DNA of 64,000 nt, taken from contig OZ245003.1 of the NCBI GenBank assembly GCA_965223425.1, positions 1,824,001-1,888,000 of the forward strand, in the 5' to 3' direction. Below the pieces are notes generated by a model. That model did not search any database, was not told where the DNA came from, and saw only the letters and a program-made list of their open reading frames with translations. Position 1 is the first letter of the stretch; the number at the start of each line of letters is the position of its first letter. Position numbers and translations under genes: made by a program. This document shows positions 43,492 through 54,461 of this stretch, piece after piece. This stretch comes from Nitrosopumilus sp. (GTDB lineage: Archaea > Thermoproteota > Nitrososphaeria > Nitrososphaerales > Nitrosopumilaceae).

Positions 43492-44229
43492 ATGGTAAAG
43501 ATTGGAGTGATTCAAACCAAATCCTATACTGCAAACCAAGAAGGAATTTCTAGAATTTCTGCATTGCTTGAGAAACTTGGAAGAAATGAAACAGACATTG
43601 TTTGCTTGCCTGAACAGTGGTTAAGGATCAACGAGATTCCAGATTTTGACTCAGAGTTTTCAGATTTTAAGAAAATCGCCAAGAATTTCTCAATGACTGT
43701 AATTCCAGGAGCATTTTATAAAACAACGAGGAAAAACACCTCAATTCTTGCACCCATAATCGGACCAAAAGGGGAATTTATTGGCAAGCAGGAAAAAATC
43801 CACCCGTTTGACTATGAAAAAGACAAGGTAAAACCTGGAAAGGAAGCTAAAATCTTCAATACAGCATGTAGATTCGGAGTGATAATTTGCTATGATATGG
43901 TATTTCCAAAGGTAGCCGGCACACTAGTGAAAAAGGGGGCACAAGTGTTGTTATCACCAAGCAGGATTGTCAAAAGGGGCATAGAGCCCTGGCACATGTA
44001 TGTTCAAGTAAGAGCATTAGAGAACAGAATACCAATTCTTGCAGCTAATGTAGAGAATCACAGGTTTGGGGGCGAAAGTATTGTTGTGGATTTAACTGAA
44101 AACAACAAAGTAGTCACAACAAAAACCACTAAATTAAAAGGTCAGAGTGCAATTGCAAGAGAATTTGATCTTAAAAAATATGAAAAAACTAGAAAGAACA
44201 GATTTTCAGATTCTAACAAGTTTCAATAG
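43492..44229 (+). CDS. Carbon-nitrogen hydrolase (nitrilase family)
   Basis: CLPE, EKIHPF, ICYD. Confidence 0.9.
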   Translation: MVKIGVIQTKSYTANQEGISRISALLEKLGRNETDIVCLPEQWLRINEIPDFDSEFSDFKKIAKNFSMTVIPGAFYKTTRKNTSILAPIIGPKGEFIGKQEKIHPFDYEKDKVKPGKEAKIFNTACRFGVIICYDMVFPKVAGTLVKKGAQVLLSPSRIVKRGIEPWHMYVQVRALENRIPILAANVENHRFGGESIVVDLTENNKVVTTKTTKLKGQSAIAREFDLKKYEKTRKNRFSDSNKFQ

Positions 44230-45324
44230 CTATGTGCCTGCAACAAACTTCTCACACGCATCTTTTGCTGCAACATCTGAGGTTTGTTCTATTGGATGTT
44301 TCATCAAATAAGCACTTGCAGGTTTAATTGGTCCACCAACCCCTCTATCAAGCGCAATTTTTGCTAACCTAACTGCATCAATTACTATTCCTGCAGAGTT
44401 TGCTTTATCATCAACCTCTAAACGAACTTCCATATTATATGGAATATTTGCCCATTGGCGTCCTTCAATTCGCATAAACATGAGTTTAGTATTGCCTAAG
44501 AATGGAATGAAATCAGAAGGACCAACATAGATTTGGTCATCATCCAGTCTTTCATCGAGCTGACTTTGAACACTTTCAGTTTTAGAGATTTTTTTAGAAA
44601 CAAGTCTTTCCTGTTCTTTCATATTTAGAAAATCAGTGTTGCCTCCAACATTGATTTGGTATGTTTTTTCAATTTTAGTTCCTCTATCATTACATAATTT
44701 AGCTAAGGTCCTATGAACGATAGTTGCACCAACTTGACCCTTAATGTCATCACCAATACAAGGAATATTTTTTTCTTCGAATTTTTTGGCCCAGTTCTCA
44801 TCTGAGGCAATAAATGAGGGAATACAATTTACAAATGCAGTATTTGTGTCAAGACAAATTTGAGCCCAAAACTCGGTTACTTTATCAGAGCCTACAGGCA
44901 AATACGATACAAGAATTTCAGCGCCAGAGTCTTTGATAATTTGTTTTACTTTTTCTGCAATCTGTTCAGTGGTTTTGTCACTTTGAATTGGCTTGACTCT
45001 ATTTTCCACCCACAATCCAACTCCATCCAATACAGGACTCTCATAGACTTTAGCGTCAGTTTTTGGCATTTCACCTTTAGGAATCCAATCAACCATGTTT
45101 GGATATTCATATATTGCCTCCATGAGGGGCTTGCCGACTTTGTTTTCACCAACATCAAATCCACAAACAAAGTCTATATCATAAATGCCATATCCTGCTA
45201 ATTTTTCATGAATGATGCCAATTACTTGTTGAGAGGGATTTTTTCGATAGTATTCAATACCTTGAATCAATCCTGAAAAACAATTACCAATACCTACCAA
45301 ACCGACTTTAATTCTGTCCCCCAT
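44230..45324 (-). CDS. ino1: myo-inositol-1-phosphate synthase
   Basis: GIGNC, SYLPVGS, GDDIKGQVGAT, GGNTDF. Confidence 0.95.
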   Translation of the reverse strand: MGDRIKVGLVGIGNCFSGLIQGIEYYRKNPSQQVIGIIHEKLAGYGIYDIDFVCGFDVGENKVGKPLMEAIYEYPNMVDWIPKGEMPKTDAKVYESPVLDGVGLWVENRVKPIQSDKTTEQIAEKVKQIIKDSGAEILVSYLPVGSDKVTEFWAQICLDTNTAFVNCIPSFIASDENWAKKFEEKNIPCIGDDIKGQVGATIVHRTLAKLCNDRGTKIEKTYQINVGGNTDFLNMKEQERLVSKKISKTESVQSQLDERLDDDQIYVGPSDFIPFLGNTKLMFMRIEGRQWANIPYNMEVRLEVDDKANSAGIVIDAVRLAKIALDRGVGGPIKPASAYLMKHPIEQTSDVAAKDACEKFVAGT

Positions 45325-45405
45325 TTGAAAACTGGTGTTGTTAGACGGGTTTAAAGTTTTCTTGATAGTTACAAAAATAGTTTCAATTAAGGCAGAATTT
45401 TATAC

Positions 45406-46368
45406 TTGGCACCAACGAATCAGATTATGGTAGATCTAGGCAGGCCAGTAAAAGACATTGAAATTGACTCAAATTCGTCAATAGAAAAAATCTTTGAAGA
45501 GTTGTCTCAATCAGGAGGATTTGAGTCAGTAAATCTTGCAGATGGATTAAAAATTTTAACAGAAATGATTTCAGACGAGCAATGTCTTAAATTTGTCTCA
45601 TTTGTAGGCGCTGTTGTTTCAACAGGGTTAAGAGGAATCATCAGAAACATGATCAAAAACAATTGGTTTGATGTTGCCATAACAACTTGTGGTGCATTAG
45701 ATCATGATATTGCAAGACATTTTTCGCATTACAAAGAAGGCTCGTTTACAATGGATGACATGGAATTAGCTGATCAGAACATTCACAGGTTAGGAAATGT
45801 ACTCGTGCCCATGGATAGCTATGGGCCGCTCATTGAAGAAAAGATGCAGGCATTCTTAGAAGAAGAGTATCAGAATGGGAAAAAGGAAATGACAACTGCC
45901 GAAATATGCAAAATGATTGGCAAACACCTAGGCGAGGATTCGTTTCTTTATTGGGCAAACAAAAATGATGTCAATGTGATAGTTCCAGGAATAATGGACG
46001 GGGCAGTAGGAAGTCAGATTTGGCTATTTACGCAAAAACACAGTGATTTCAAATTAAACATGACAGGGGATGCAGATTTACTTTCTGGATTGATTTTCAA
46101 AGCTGAAAAATCAGGAGCGTTCATGATTGGAGGCGGAATTTCAAAACACCATACATTGTGGTGGAACCAATACAGGGAAGGGCTAGACTATGCATTTTAC
46201 ATTACAACTGCACAAGAGTTTGACGGCAGTCTTAGCGGGGCACTGGTAAGAGAAGCAATTTCCTGGGGAAAAGTAACACAAAAGGCAAAACAGGCAACAC
46301 TTCATGCAGAAGTAACAACGATTTTACCATTCATTTATGCAGCACTTGCTTCAAAATTAAAAAATTAG
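45406..46368 (+). CDS. dys: Deoxyhypusine synthase
   Basis: GGGISKHH, DGSLSGA...EAISWGK. Confidence 0.95.
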   Translation: MAPTNQIMVDLGRPVKDIEIDSNSSIEKIFEELSQSGGFESVNLADGLKILTEMISDEQCLKFVSFVGAVVSTGLRGIIRNMIKNNWFDVAITTCGALDHDIARHFSHYKEGSFTMDDMELADQNIHRLGNVLVPMDSYGPLIEEKMQAFLEEEYQNGKKEMTTAEICKMIGKHLGEDSFLYWANKNDVNVIVPGIMDGAVGSQIWLFTQKHSDFKLNMTGDADLLSGLIFKAEKSGAFMIGGGISKHHTLWWNQYREGLDYAFYITTAQEFDGSLSGALVREAISWGKVTQKAKQATLHAEVTTILPFIYAALASKLKN

Positions 46369-46402
46369 ATAAAAACTATTATCCTATTAATACAAAAACT
46401 AA

Positions 46403-47119
46403 TTGTTGTTTCCCAGAATCAGAATAAAAGAACTAAAACCACTAAATTTAGAAGAGGGCTATCTGATTGACGGGTTCCCTTCAGTGGGATTTAGCAGCGC
46501 AATTGCAACTGAATCAATGGTGCACACGTCACAGTTTGAAGTGGCCGGAGTTATCGACTCGGACAGTTTTCCCCCAATCAGCGTTATTAAAAACGGCAAG
46601 CCCAATTATCCAACCAGGATTTTTGCTAATGATGATTTGAAAGTAGGGGTGTTTTTGTCATATCTTACACTTGATCAGGCATTTCATCGAACCGTAGCTA
46701 AAACAATGCTAAAGTGGGCAAAGAAACACAAAATCGGATTAATTCTGAGCAGTGTGGCAGTCAAGACACCAGAAGGTATTGAAGAAATGGTATGCATTGG
46801 AAGTACAGATTCTGCAAGAGAGAAAATCAACAAAGCTGGTTTGAAAGTTTTAGAACATGGAACAGTTCCAGGAATTCCAGGACTGTTATTAAACGAAGGA
46901 AGCCTAACAGGTCAGGACGTGATCGTAATAATTTTCCATACGGATGGCAAGGGTCCTGATTTCAAATCAAGCGCACAACTTTGCCTTGCAATGTCCAAAT
47001 TAATTCCGGGAGTGTCATGTGATATTTCTTCGTTACAAAAAGAAGCTGAAAAAGCTGAAGTGGTGATAAAAGAGGCAGAAGAGGAATCAAAGCACCTTAA
47101 AGGTTCCATGTATAGATAG
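46403..47119 (+). CDS. PAC2-family proteasome assembly chaperone
   Basis: IDGFPSVG, GIPGLLL, C-terminal MYR. Confidence 0.85.
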   Translation: MLFPRIRIKELKPLNLEEGYLIDGFPSVGFSSAIATESMVHTSQFEVAGVIDSDSFPPISVIKNGKPNYPTRIFANDDLKVGVFLSYLTLDQAFHRTVAKTMLKWAKKHKIGLILSSVAVKTPEGIEEMVCIGSTDSAREKINKAGLKVLEHGTVPGIPGLLLNEGSLTGQDVIVIIFHTDGKGPDFKSSAQLCLAMSKLIPGVSCDISSLQKEAEKAEVVIKEAEEESKHLKGSMYR

Positions 47120-47125
47120 AATTTT

Positions 47126-47314
47126 TCTGTTGTACGAAAAGTAAGTCCGCCTAGGATCAGGAGAACAATAGATGATTATTTCAGGCTGTACCGATCCAGA
47201 AAAGATATGGCAAAAAGACTGACAGAAAAATCCCGACAGCACATAATCAGACAGCGCAAAAAGGGAATCGTCTCCGCCCAGATAGCCAAGGATCTTGGCA
47301 TCACGGCAAGACAT
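47126..47314 (+). mobile_element. IS481-family left end and N-terminal fragment
   Basis: TCTGTTGTACGAAAAGT; MAKRLTEKSRQHIIRQ; homologous to the 54434 end. Confidence 0.8.
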
Positions 47315-47571
47315 CAGTAGTTCCCAGATGTAGATTTGTGCCCAGATGTATGCTTATGCCCAGATGCCGGTGCGTTACCGCATATTGCAATGCAAAGATC
47401 CAGATTAGGTTACGGTGTGCAAGATGTCATGAGCAATCAAACACAAGACGATCTGATCGCACACCAGTACGACATAGCATCAAACCGGTTTAAAATCTTG
47501 CGCTCGTCGTTTCAAAAGCTTGGCATGCCAATGTCTGAGAGGCACAACGCCGTATACGGATGCAACGACAT
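47315..47571 (+). mobile_element. ISH3 left-end fragment
   Basis: CAGTAGTTCCCAGATGTAG TIR; matches the 55827 end. Confidence 0.85.
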
Positions 47572-47990
47572 CAGTAGTTCCCAGATGTAGATTTACCGCA
47601 ACCGCAACTGGCACCGGTTATATTTGCCTCGATCAATGACAAACGACTTGTTTCTGCCTGTAATGTACACGATAAACAACGCCATGGTAAGTTTTTTGTA
47701 ACTGATCGAGTTTATGAAGTTGCATGCGTAAAACACATCAAAATCACAGATTTTACATCCAATTTAGGCACGGCACTTCAGAAACACGAGCTGTTACAGT
47801 TTTTTTCCCGCAGAAGACACTCTTCCGTGCCTCTTTTCTGCATCAAGGCAGAACCTGGCAATCCTCCACAGGTTGTACAGCAGCAGCAGCGGCAGATAAA
47901 ACATCAGCAGCCTCACAGCCAGGGAGTTGCTGCATGTCCTGCCCATGATTTCCTTTATGACGCGAAACCCCGTCTCGATGCCCCATCTTG
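47572..47990 (-). mobile_element. ISH3 right-end fragment containing MITE copy 2
   Basis: Matches 54462-54770; RWGIETGFRVIKE. Confidence 0.85.
47698..47797. mobile_element. 100-bp MITE, copy 2 (inverted relative to copy 1)
   Basis: 8-bp TSD AGTTTTTT; empty site visible in the ISH3 copy at 54580. Confidence 0.88.
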
Positions 47991-48031
47991 AACACATGAT
48001 AACCACCTCGTCGTAGTTGTAGTGATGAATC

Positions 48032-48130
48032 GACCCCTGTGTACGTATGGGCCATGCGCCCTTGAGTTTGAATGGGGCAGTCCGAGCTGCTGTGTGATTG
48101 GGCCTTGCGCCCTGATAGGTGTATGCAGCT
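48032..48130 (+). ncRNA. Candidate IS110 bridge RNA (two internal-loop stem-loops)
   Basis: Two hairpins GGGC-N5-GCCC, each inside a bilateral internal loop closed by CCCC/GGGG or AGCTGC/GCAGCT; lies 5' of the IS110 ORF. Confidence 0.62.
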
Positions 48131-48672
48131 TCCGATCCGTCAAAGATCCGAAAGGAGGTGATAGAAAGGATGAGCAAAGGAACAATCAGCATAGGAATAG
48201 ACATTGGAAAGAGAAAATGTGACGTATGCGTCATGGACGGGAAGGGAAAGGTTTTGCATACTGGCCAGTATCAAAACACCGTCTCAGATGCAGACAGATT
48301 CGCAGAACAGACGGCACTCAGGTATTCTGCCAGAAGATGTCAGGCAGCATGCGAGACGACGGGCAACATGTGGAACATCACATACGGCGCCTTTGAGAGA
48401 CATGGAATCGACATAAAGCTTGCCAACACCTACAAGATGGCAATAATTGCAAAGACGGGAAAGAAGACAGACAAGATTGACGCACAAAAGATAGCAAGCG
48501 TATTGAGGATGGATTCAATACCAGAGTGTTATGTGCCGTCAGCTGACACAAGAGGAGTCCGGGCCATGGTCAGACAGAGGATCAGGACCGTACAGGACAG
48601 GACACGCGTGATAAACCGCGTCCACAGCCTGCTTGACAGATACGATGTGAAAATCGATGCCTCTGAGATGTA

Positions 48673-49781
48673 TAGTCTAGAGCAAAAGTTCTTGAGATCA
48701 AATATGTTAGACAGAAATACATTTTGATCACGCCGCACCACGCATTACAATGCCCACAGTAAAATCCGAAGACCTGAAGAAAGCGTACAAGAGGGAGAAG
48801 AACCCTCGTGTCAAGATCAGAATGGCGGCCGTAAACATGGTGTGCATGAACAATGAAAGCATTCAACATGTGGCAGACTCGCTCATGCAGTGCCCCAACT
48901 GGGTGTCCTTCTGGGTGGAACGCTTCAAGGAGGAGGAGGGCGGCATAGACGCCCTCCGGGATCTTCCAAAGACAGGCAGGCCGCCAAAGGTTCGGTTGGA
49001 CAAGATTGCAAGGGTTGTATCAGATGCAAACAGCAGCGGCATTATTACGCCAAAAAGACTCAAAAGCGACATACAAAAAAGATTCAAAGTAAAATACCAC
49101 ATAACCAGCATCAGAAAGATAATGCACAAGCTTGGAATGTCTGCCAAGACGGCTCAGCGCATCCACGTCGGCAGGGCAGAAATTGACAAAATCAAAAGGT
49201 GGCAACACAATGCAAAAAGGCGGATTTCACGCCTGGAATTGAAGGGTTTTACAACTGTCGTTTTTGACGAATCGATATTCATCGACGATCCTGCAAGTGG
49301 CGCAAAGTACTGGTCACCAAAAGGGGAGCCAATCACAACGACATACAAGGGACGGTACGGCAGGAGGGTGGTGGCATACGGCTCCATTGCGACAGACGGC
49401 AGGCAGTTCTTTAGGACATATGACAGGTTTGACAAGGAGACGGTTCTGCAATACATCAAGGAGATGACAAGTCATTTTGGCAAGGTGACAATCATCATGG
49501 ACAACGCGCCGCAGCACAAGGCAAGGATTGTAAAAGAGTTTCTTGCAGGCAACCCCGATGTCAGGACAATATGGCTTCCGACTGCAACGCCTGAGCTCAG
49601 TGTAGTTGAGGAGTACTGGCATCAGGCAAAACGGGACGTGTCGGTATCTGAATATTACGCTACGGTTGTGCACATGCGCCATGCAATGTCAGAATATTTC
49701 AGGACAGCCCGTCCCAAGCTTGATGCGATGAAGTTTATCTGTAGAAGGTCGCTCACTCTCAAAAACTTTTGATTGACACTA
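48673..49781 (+). mobile_element. Complete IS630-family element
   Basis: Imperfect 24-bp TIR TAGT...CAAAAGTT.TTGAG; TA TSD. Confidence 0.92.
48750..49772 (+). CDS. IS630 transposase, single frame
   Basis: FDES, MDNAPQH, TPELSVVE. Confidence 0.9.
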   Translation: MPTVKSEDLKKAYKREKNPRVKIRMAAVNMVCMNNESIQHVADSLMQCPNWVSFWVERFKEEEGGIDALRDLPKTGRPPKVRLDKIARVVSDANSSGIITPKRLKSDIQKRFKVKYHITSIRKIMHKLGMSAKTAQRIHVGRAEIDKIKRWQHNAKRRISRLELKGFTTVVFDESIFIDDPASGAKYWSPKGEPITTTYKGRYGRRVVAYGSIATDGRQFFRTYDRFDKETVLQYIKEMTSHFGKVTIIMDNAPQHKARIVKEFLAGNPDVRTIWLPTATPELSVVEEYWHQAKRDVSVSEYYATVVHMRHAMSEYFRTARPKLDAMKFICRRSLTLKNF

Positions 49782-50298
49782 TATGCCATAAAGGCCGTAG
49801 AACAGATGGAGTCTGCAAGCCTGGGATCCGTACATGACGAAATAGTACCGAGTCAGTGTGCCCGGCAGATAAGGAGCCTTACCGAGGAGATAAGACACAT
49901 GGATGAACACCTGGAAAAGGAGGCATCGGTAAACGAGGATGCAAAACTTCTTGCCAGCATGACTGGCATGGGAATCTACTCTGCACTGCTGCTTGCCGTC
50001 GAGATAGCCGACATTGTCAGATTCGAGACCCCAAAGAATCCCGTCTCATGGGCAGGCCTGTGTCCGGCGATACGCCAGTCAGGCGACAAAAACTACATGG
50101 GCAGAATCAAAAAGCTTGACACCAACAGTCTGGTCAACTGGGTCATGTGCGAGGCTGCAAACACGGCGGCAATTCATGATACCAGAATGAAGGCAGTATA
50201 CGAGTCTTCCAAGAGAAGACATGCAGGCAAGCATGCACTTGCCATAGTGACTGTCGCCAACAAGATGATAACCATAGCGTGGCACATACTCAAGACCA

Positions 50299-51437
50299 TA
50301 GTAAGTACATAAAAAACCTGAACCATTTTGACAATTATTTTTGGCCAAAAGATCCAAGACCGGCCATACCGCACACACTGCATGTACAAACAAAAAAAGA
50401 GACAGGCTGCAGGGGGGCAAAATTTCTGCCAAACACCGGCGTTGCAGACCTCAAAAGGGCATACAAAAAAGAGACCGATCCCAGAAGGCGCGACAGGCTG
50501 CTTGCGTACATGCAGCGCAAGGACGGCGTGCCGCTAGACAGGATCGGAAGGATGCTGGGAAGGCCCAAGTCCACCATATCTGCATGGCTCAACCGCGCAC
50601 AGGACGAGGGAATGCGCGCAAGGTTCGAGCGCAGCGGCAGGGGACGAAAGCACCTGATAGGCGGGCCGCAGGCAAGACAGCTTGCAGCGGACCTGGATGC
50701 GGGGCCGGAGTCATGCGGCTTTGAGAGCAGCCTGTGGGACTCCAACCTCGCAAGGCTGCACATCAAGCGAAAGTTCGGCGTGCAGTACAGCAAGGCAGGC
50801 GCGCTGCAGCTGGTCAGGGAGATGGGCTTTTCGTGGAGCAAGGCGCGTCCAAAAAACCCAAGATCAGCCTCAAAAAGAAAGCAAAAAGAGTTTCAGGAGC
50901 GGGCAAAAAAACTCGTTGCAGAAAAGTCGGCGCAGGGGTACACCGTACTGGCCGGCGATGCATCCTCGATTCAAAAGGCATCAAACAGGCCCGGCTACGG
51001 GTGGAGAAGGCGCGGCAAGCGCGCCACATCCCCCTCTGTTTTGTCACGCAAGAGAAGATACATTTGGAGTCCTGTCAGCAAGCGCGTTTTACTTTATGTT
51101 TTATGAAAAGCCAGACAGCGACAGCTTTTGCAGCTTTTTGGAACGGGTTCACAAAAGATTCGGCAGGGTGCTGCTGTTTGTAGACAATGCGTCATATCAC
51201 AAATCCAAAAAGGTAAGGGAGTTTCTGGAAAGATACAACGGCGAGATAGTTCTGGAGTACCTGCTGCCGTACACGCCGGAGCTTAATCCCATTGAGATGC
51301 AGTGGAGGGTGATAAAGCGGGTACTGTCTGCAAAGGTGTTTGGCACGCTAGATGAGATGGAGCAGTCAGTACGCAAGCTGTTTGCCAGAAAGGAGATCCT
51401 GCCTGTGAAAATGTTCAATTATTTAATGTGCTAACTA
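50299..51437 (+). mobile_element. IS630-family element with frameshifted transposase
   Basis: Imperfect TIR TAGTAAGTACATAAAA / TAGTTAGCACATTAAA; DNASYH, TPELNPIE; flanks belong to different genes. Confidence 0.88.
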
Positions 51438-52108
51438 TGCTATACCATCTCTAGAATCATCAGTGCTATTTCCGGCAATGATTGCGGCAAGTGCAGTCCC
51501 ATGATCATGAGTTTTAGTTGTGGGAGGGCAATTACTGTTACCACAGTTTACTTTACCTGCTTGCTTTCCTTCCAAATCAGGATGTGAGAAATCCACGCCT
51601 CTATCAATAACTGCTACGGTAATCCCGGTACCATGATAATTATACGGATGTGCAGGAATATTGCTTGCGCCACTGGCGGATTTGGCCTGATCCATATTGA
51701 GCCCTAATTCCTCAAATGGAGGTTCGTCCCCAATCTTGTAAATGAAAGTATAGTTTGCCAGCTCAGCTATTCTGTCAATGGGAACATCCGCAGAGACAAA
51801 ATCCAACGCAGTAGACACAAAAATATCTCTGGCATTGGCAGACAATAAAATTTCACGTAACTGGTATTCAGTACCGTTGATTGTATTGATCAGTATAGGA
51901 TGTGTTGGAATACTTTGCTGTCTTGCTGTTTGGTCTGATTTTGCAGCTGTACGGTCGTATTCTATCTGCATCTGCTGAATTTTTTCATAAAAACCAGCGT
52001 CAAATTTGTACATGTTCTCTTCGTGGCATAAGATTCCCATGCAGAAAATGACATCAGTGTAATTATCAAGACCGCAACAATTAGTTTTTCAAGGTCAGTG
52101 TTTTTCAT
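51438..52108 (-). pseudogene. Second secreted S8 protease, frameshifted after the signal peptide and truncated by IS630
   Basis: MKNTDLEKLIVAVLIITLMSFSAWESYA is out of frame with KFDAGFYEKIQ...VAVIDRGVD...HGTALA; no catalytic Ser. Confidence 0.82.
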
Positions 52109-52263
52109 TTTTAATGTTAATCAATTTAAGAACGGTTACAATATAAATGAGCTACCGAAATCAGTTAATCATAACTTCACTTCCGAGACAACTGTCCATA
52201 TCAAATGCATCCATTCATATGCAGAACAACATACCAAGAATCATCTTAAATTGGAAACTCTCA

Positions 52264-53367
52264 TCAGCCATAACTCAGAACATATTGATTGCCTGAGAGC
52301 GCATAATCTCCATGCCAGAGTTTCCTTTCAGGATGTCCTTTGTTGAGCAGTTCAGCTGCCACATCATGAGTTACACAGGTTGTACTGCTGTGATCATACT
52401 TGACCAGAAAGACTGGGGAATCAAGAGGGCATGCGTATTCTTCATATTTTCTGACTATTTTTTCATGTACTGACTTGTCAACGTGGTCATCAAGTCCCAA
52501 TAGTATGTATTCCAACATTATTGGCTGTATACAGAGATGGGTACCATCTGTTCTGGATATAGGTATTAGGTTTCCATAACATGGTTCCGGATGCTGCAAG
52601 CCATGACCATTCCAATAAAAATTTCCAACTAATAGCAAGTTTGGTGTTGAAGATCCATAACTTGTAAATGCATTGTACATTAATATGATATCACTGTTGC
52701 CGGGTGGCAGTTCAAAACTGAATGTCTGGGATGTGGATGTCTGGTTACGTACGGTGATCTGGTCGTCTATGTGGGATGCATTGTTAATCATATAGTTCAG
52801 AAAAAGATTCTCTGGAATGTTGTAGGAGGTTACAGGTGGATGCAATACATATGGAATCGTAACGTTAAATGTACTCTGTAAACCAACATTTTTGAAGAGA
52901 AATAATATTTCAAGCTCATCGACACCCAGATAGGAGTTCATTCTGCCGTCAGTCAGCTCATAATCCAGATCTATTTCACGATAATTATAATTAAAATGCT
53001 CGATCATGGCTCTATCCTTATACTTTATTCGATAGTCAATGTATGAGCGCAAGTCATCTGTCTTTATCTCAGCAAACCACCCCTGCTCAAGTTTGCTGTT
53101 CAGACTCTTCAATATATGCCGATGATCCGTCATTATCTCAGCAAACCCCCTTTGCCAAAGTGCTTTTACAGAAGTCTGATTTACACAGACCGGCATGCCG
53201 CTAGGCGACCTCATGAGGACTTTGGAGTCCCTGCACTGTACCTCCCCGACTGGCACTCCTTGCTTGTATTGCGCCAGGGGCGTTAAGACGGTATCTGCAA
53301 ATGCGGGGACAGTGATCAATAATACAACTGACATGACTGTCAGTCCCAGCAATACGGTATTTGTCAT
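52264..53367 (-). CDS. Secreted protein with three Cys-hairpin modules
   Basis: Signal peptide MTNTVLLGLTVMSVVLLITVPAFA; PLAQYKQGV...QCRDSKVLMRSPSGMPVCV. Confidence 0.78.
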   Translation of the reverse strand: MTNTVLLGLTVMSVVLLITVPAFADTVLTPLAQYKQGVPVGEVQCRDSKVLMRSPSGMPVCVNQTSVKALWQRGFAEIMTDHRHILKSLNSKLEQGWFAEIKTDDLRSYIDYRIKYKDRAMIEHFNYNYREIDLDYELTDGRMNSYLGVDELEILFLFKNVGLQSTFNVTIPYVLHPPVTSYNIPENLFLNYMINNASHIDDQITVRNQTSTSQTFSFELPPGNSDIILMYNAFTSYGSSTPNLLLVGNFYWNGHGLQHPEPCYGNLIPISRTDGTHLCIQPIMLEYILLGLDDHVDKSVHEKIVRKYEEYACPLDSPVFLVKYDHSSTTCVTHDVAAELLNKGHPERKLWHGDYALSGNQYVLSYG

Positions 53368-53383
53368 TGGATTTTTTTTAAGT

Positions 53384-54434
53384 TGTAATATACGGAAAGT
53401 AGATCCGCTAGTCATCGACATCTCTCTCCATCCATTTTGGGTCACTTTTTCTGATCGCTTCTGGTACTTTTTTGTTGTGGAATGCCTGTAGTGGAACCTC
53501 GCAGTTCTCAATGTCCAGTGAAAAGTGCAGCCTTTTCTCGTTGTAATAGTCGACATACTTTCTCAGGCTCTCATAGTGCCATATCTCATCTTCGATACTG
53601 CGGTGAAGGCGCTCCAGCTTGCCGTTGGTCTGCGGGTGGTACGGCCTGGAGTTTATCAGCATGATGTCCTTTTGCAGAAGCTCCTCCTCAAAGGGGGTTG
53701 GTCTCCACGTTCTGCCTTCTTTTGATTTCTTCCTCCTCTTCCTGCCGTTCTGTCCTACAAAGCACGAGCCGTTATCAGACAGTATGGATGCAGGCGCACC
53801 AAACCTCTTAATTGCAAGCCTGAGTGTCATTACCGCATTCTCTGAGGTGGCATGCTCAAACAATGCAGCACCAGTAATGCATCTTGAGGCATCATCAAGA
53901 TACGTGACTAGCTGCAGTCCCTTAAAGCGCGGATCCTTCATGGCATGCCAGTCCACATGCCACATGGCATTGGAGTATTTTCGCTCAAAGCGGACGTACT
54001 TGCGCTTCTTTGACTTTGCAGCAGATGGTGCCACCATGCCGTTCTTTTTCATTATGCGGTATACTGCGCGGTAGCTTATATCATGATTTTCCCTGTCTCC
54101 TCGCAGTGCGCAGAACCCCCACAGGGTCGTCCTGGTGCACCCCAGTTACAAGGCGTATCTGGGCAGATGTGACTGGGACATGCGGCCTGCCCATCTTCAT
54201 GCGTGTTGTTCCAATTGCCTGGAACCTGGTCCACAGCCTTCGCACATGCCTTGCAGTGATGCCAAGATCTCGGGCTATCTGGAAGGGAACGACTCCTTTT
54301 TTGCGCTACCTGATTATGCATTGCCGTGATTTTTCTGTCAGTCTTTTTGTCATGGATTTTTGTGATCGATACAGCCTGAAATAGTCAGCTGTTGTTCTTC
54401 TGATTTTAGGCGGACTGACTTTTCGTACAATTGA
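53384..54434 (-). mobile_element. IS481-family element with pseudogenised transposase
   Basis: WHVDW, DDASR, SDNGS, YHPQTNGKLER; early stop; both ends visible; no TSD. Confidence 0.87.
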
Positions 54435-54461
54435 ATTGTGAAAAATCCGTGTCCCGTACAT

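Larger units (their letters stand above)
48170..50298 (+). pseudogene. IS110-family DEDD recombinase, interrupted by one IS630 and 3'-clipped by another
   Basis: IGIDIGK, ACETTG, KTDKIDA, WAGLCP..RQSG, VANKM; rejoins in frame as ASEMY|AIKAV; GGAGGTG upstream. Confidence 0.9.

Noticed and set aside
53368-53556. 63-aa N-terminal extension of ORF 52264-53556
   Set aside because: Mostly out-of-frame IS481 sequence; the signal peptide starts at 53367
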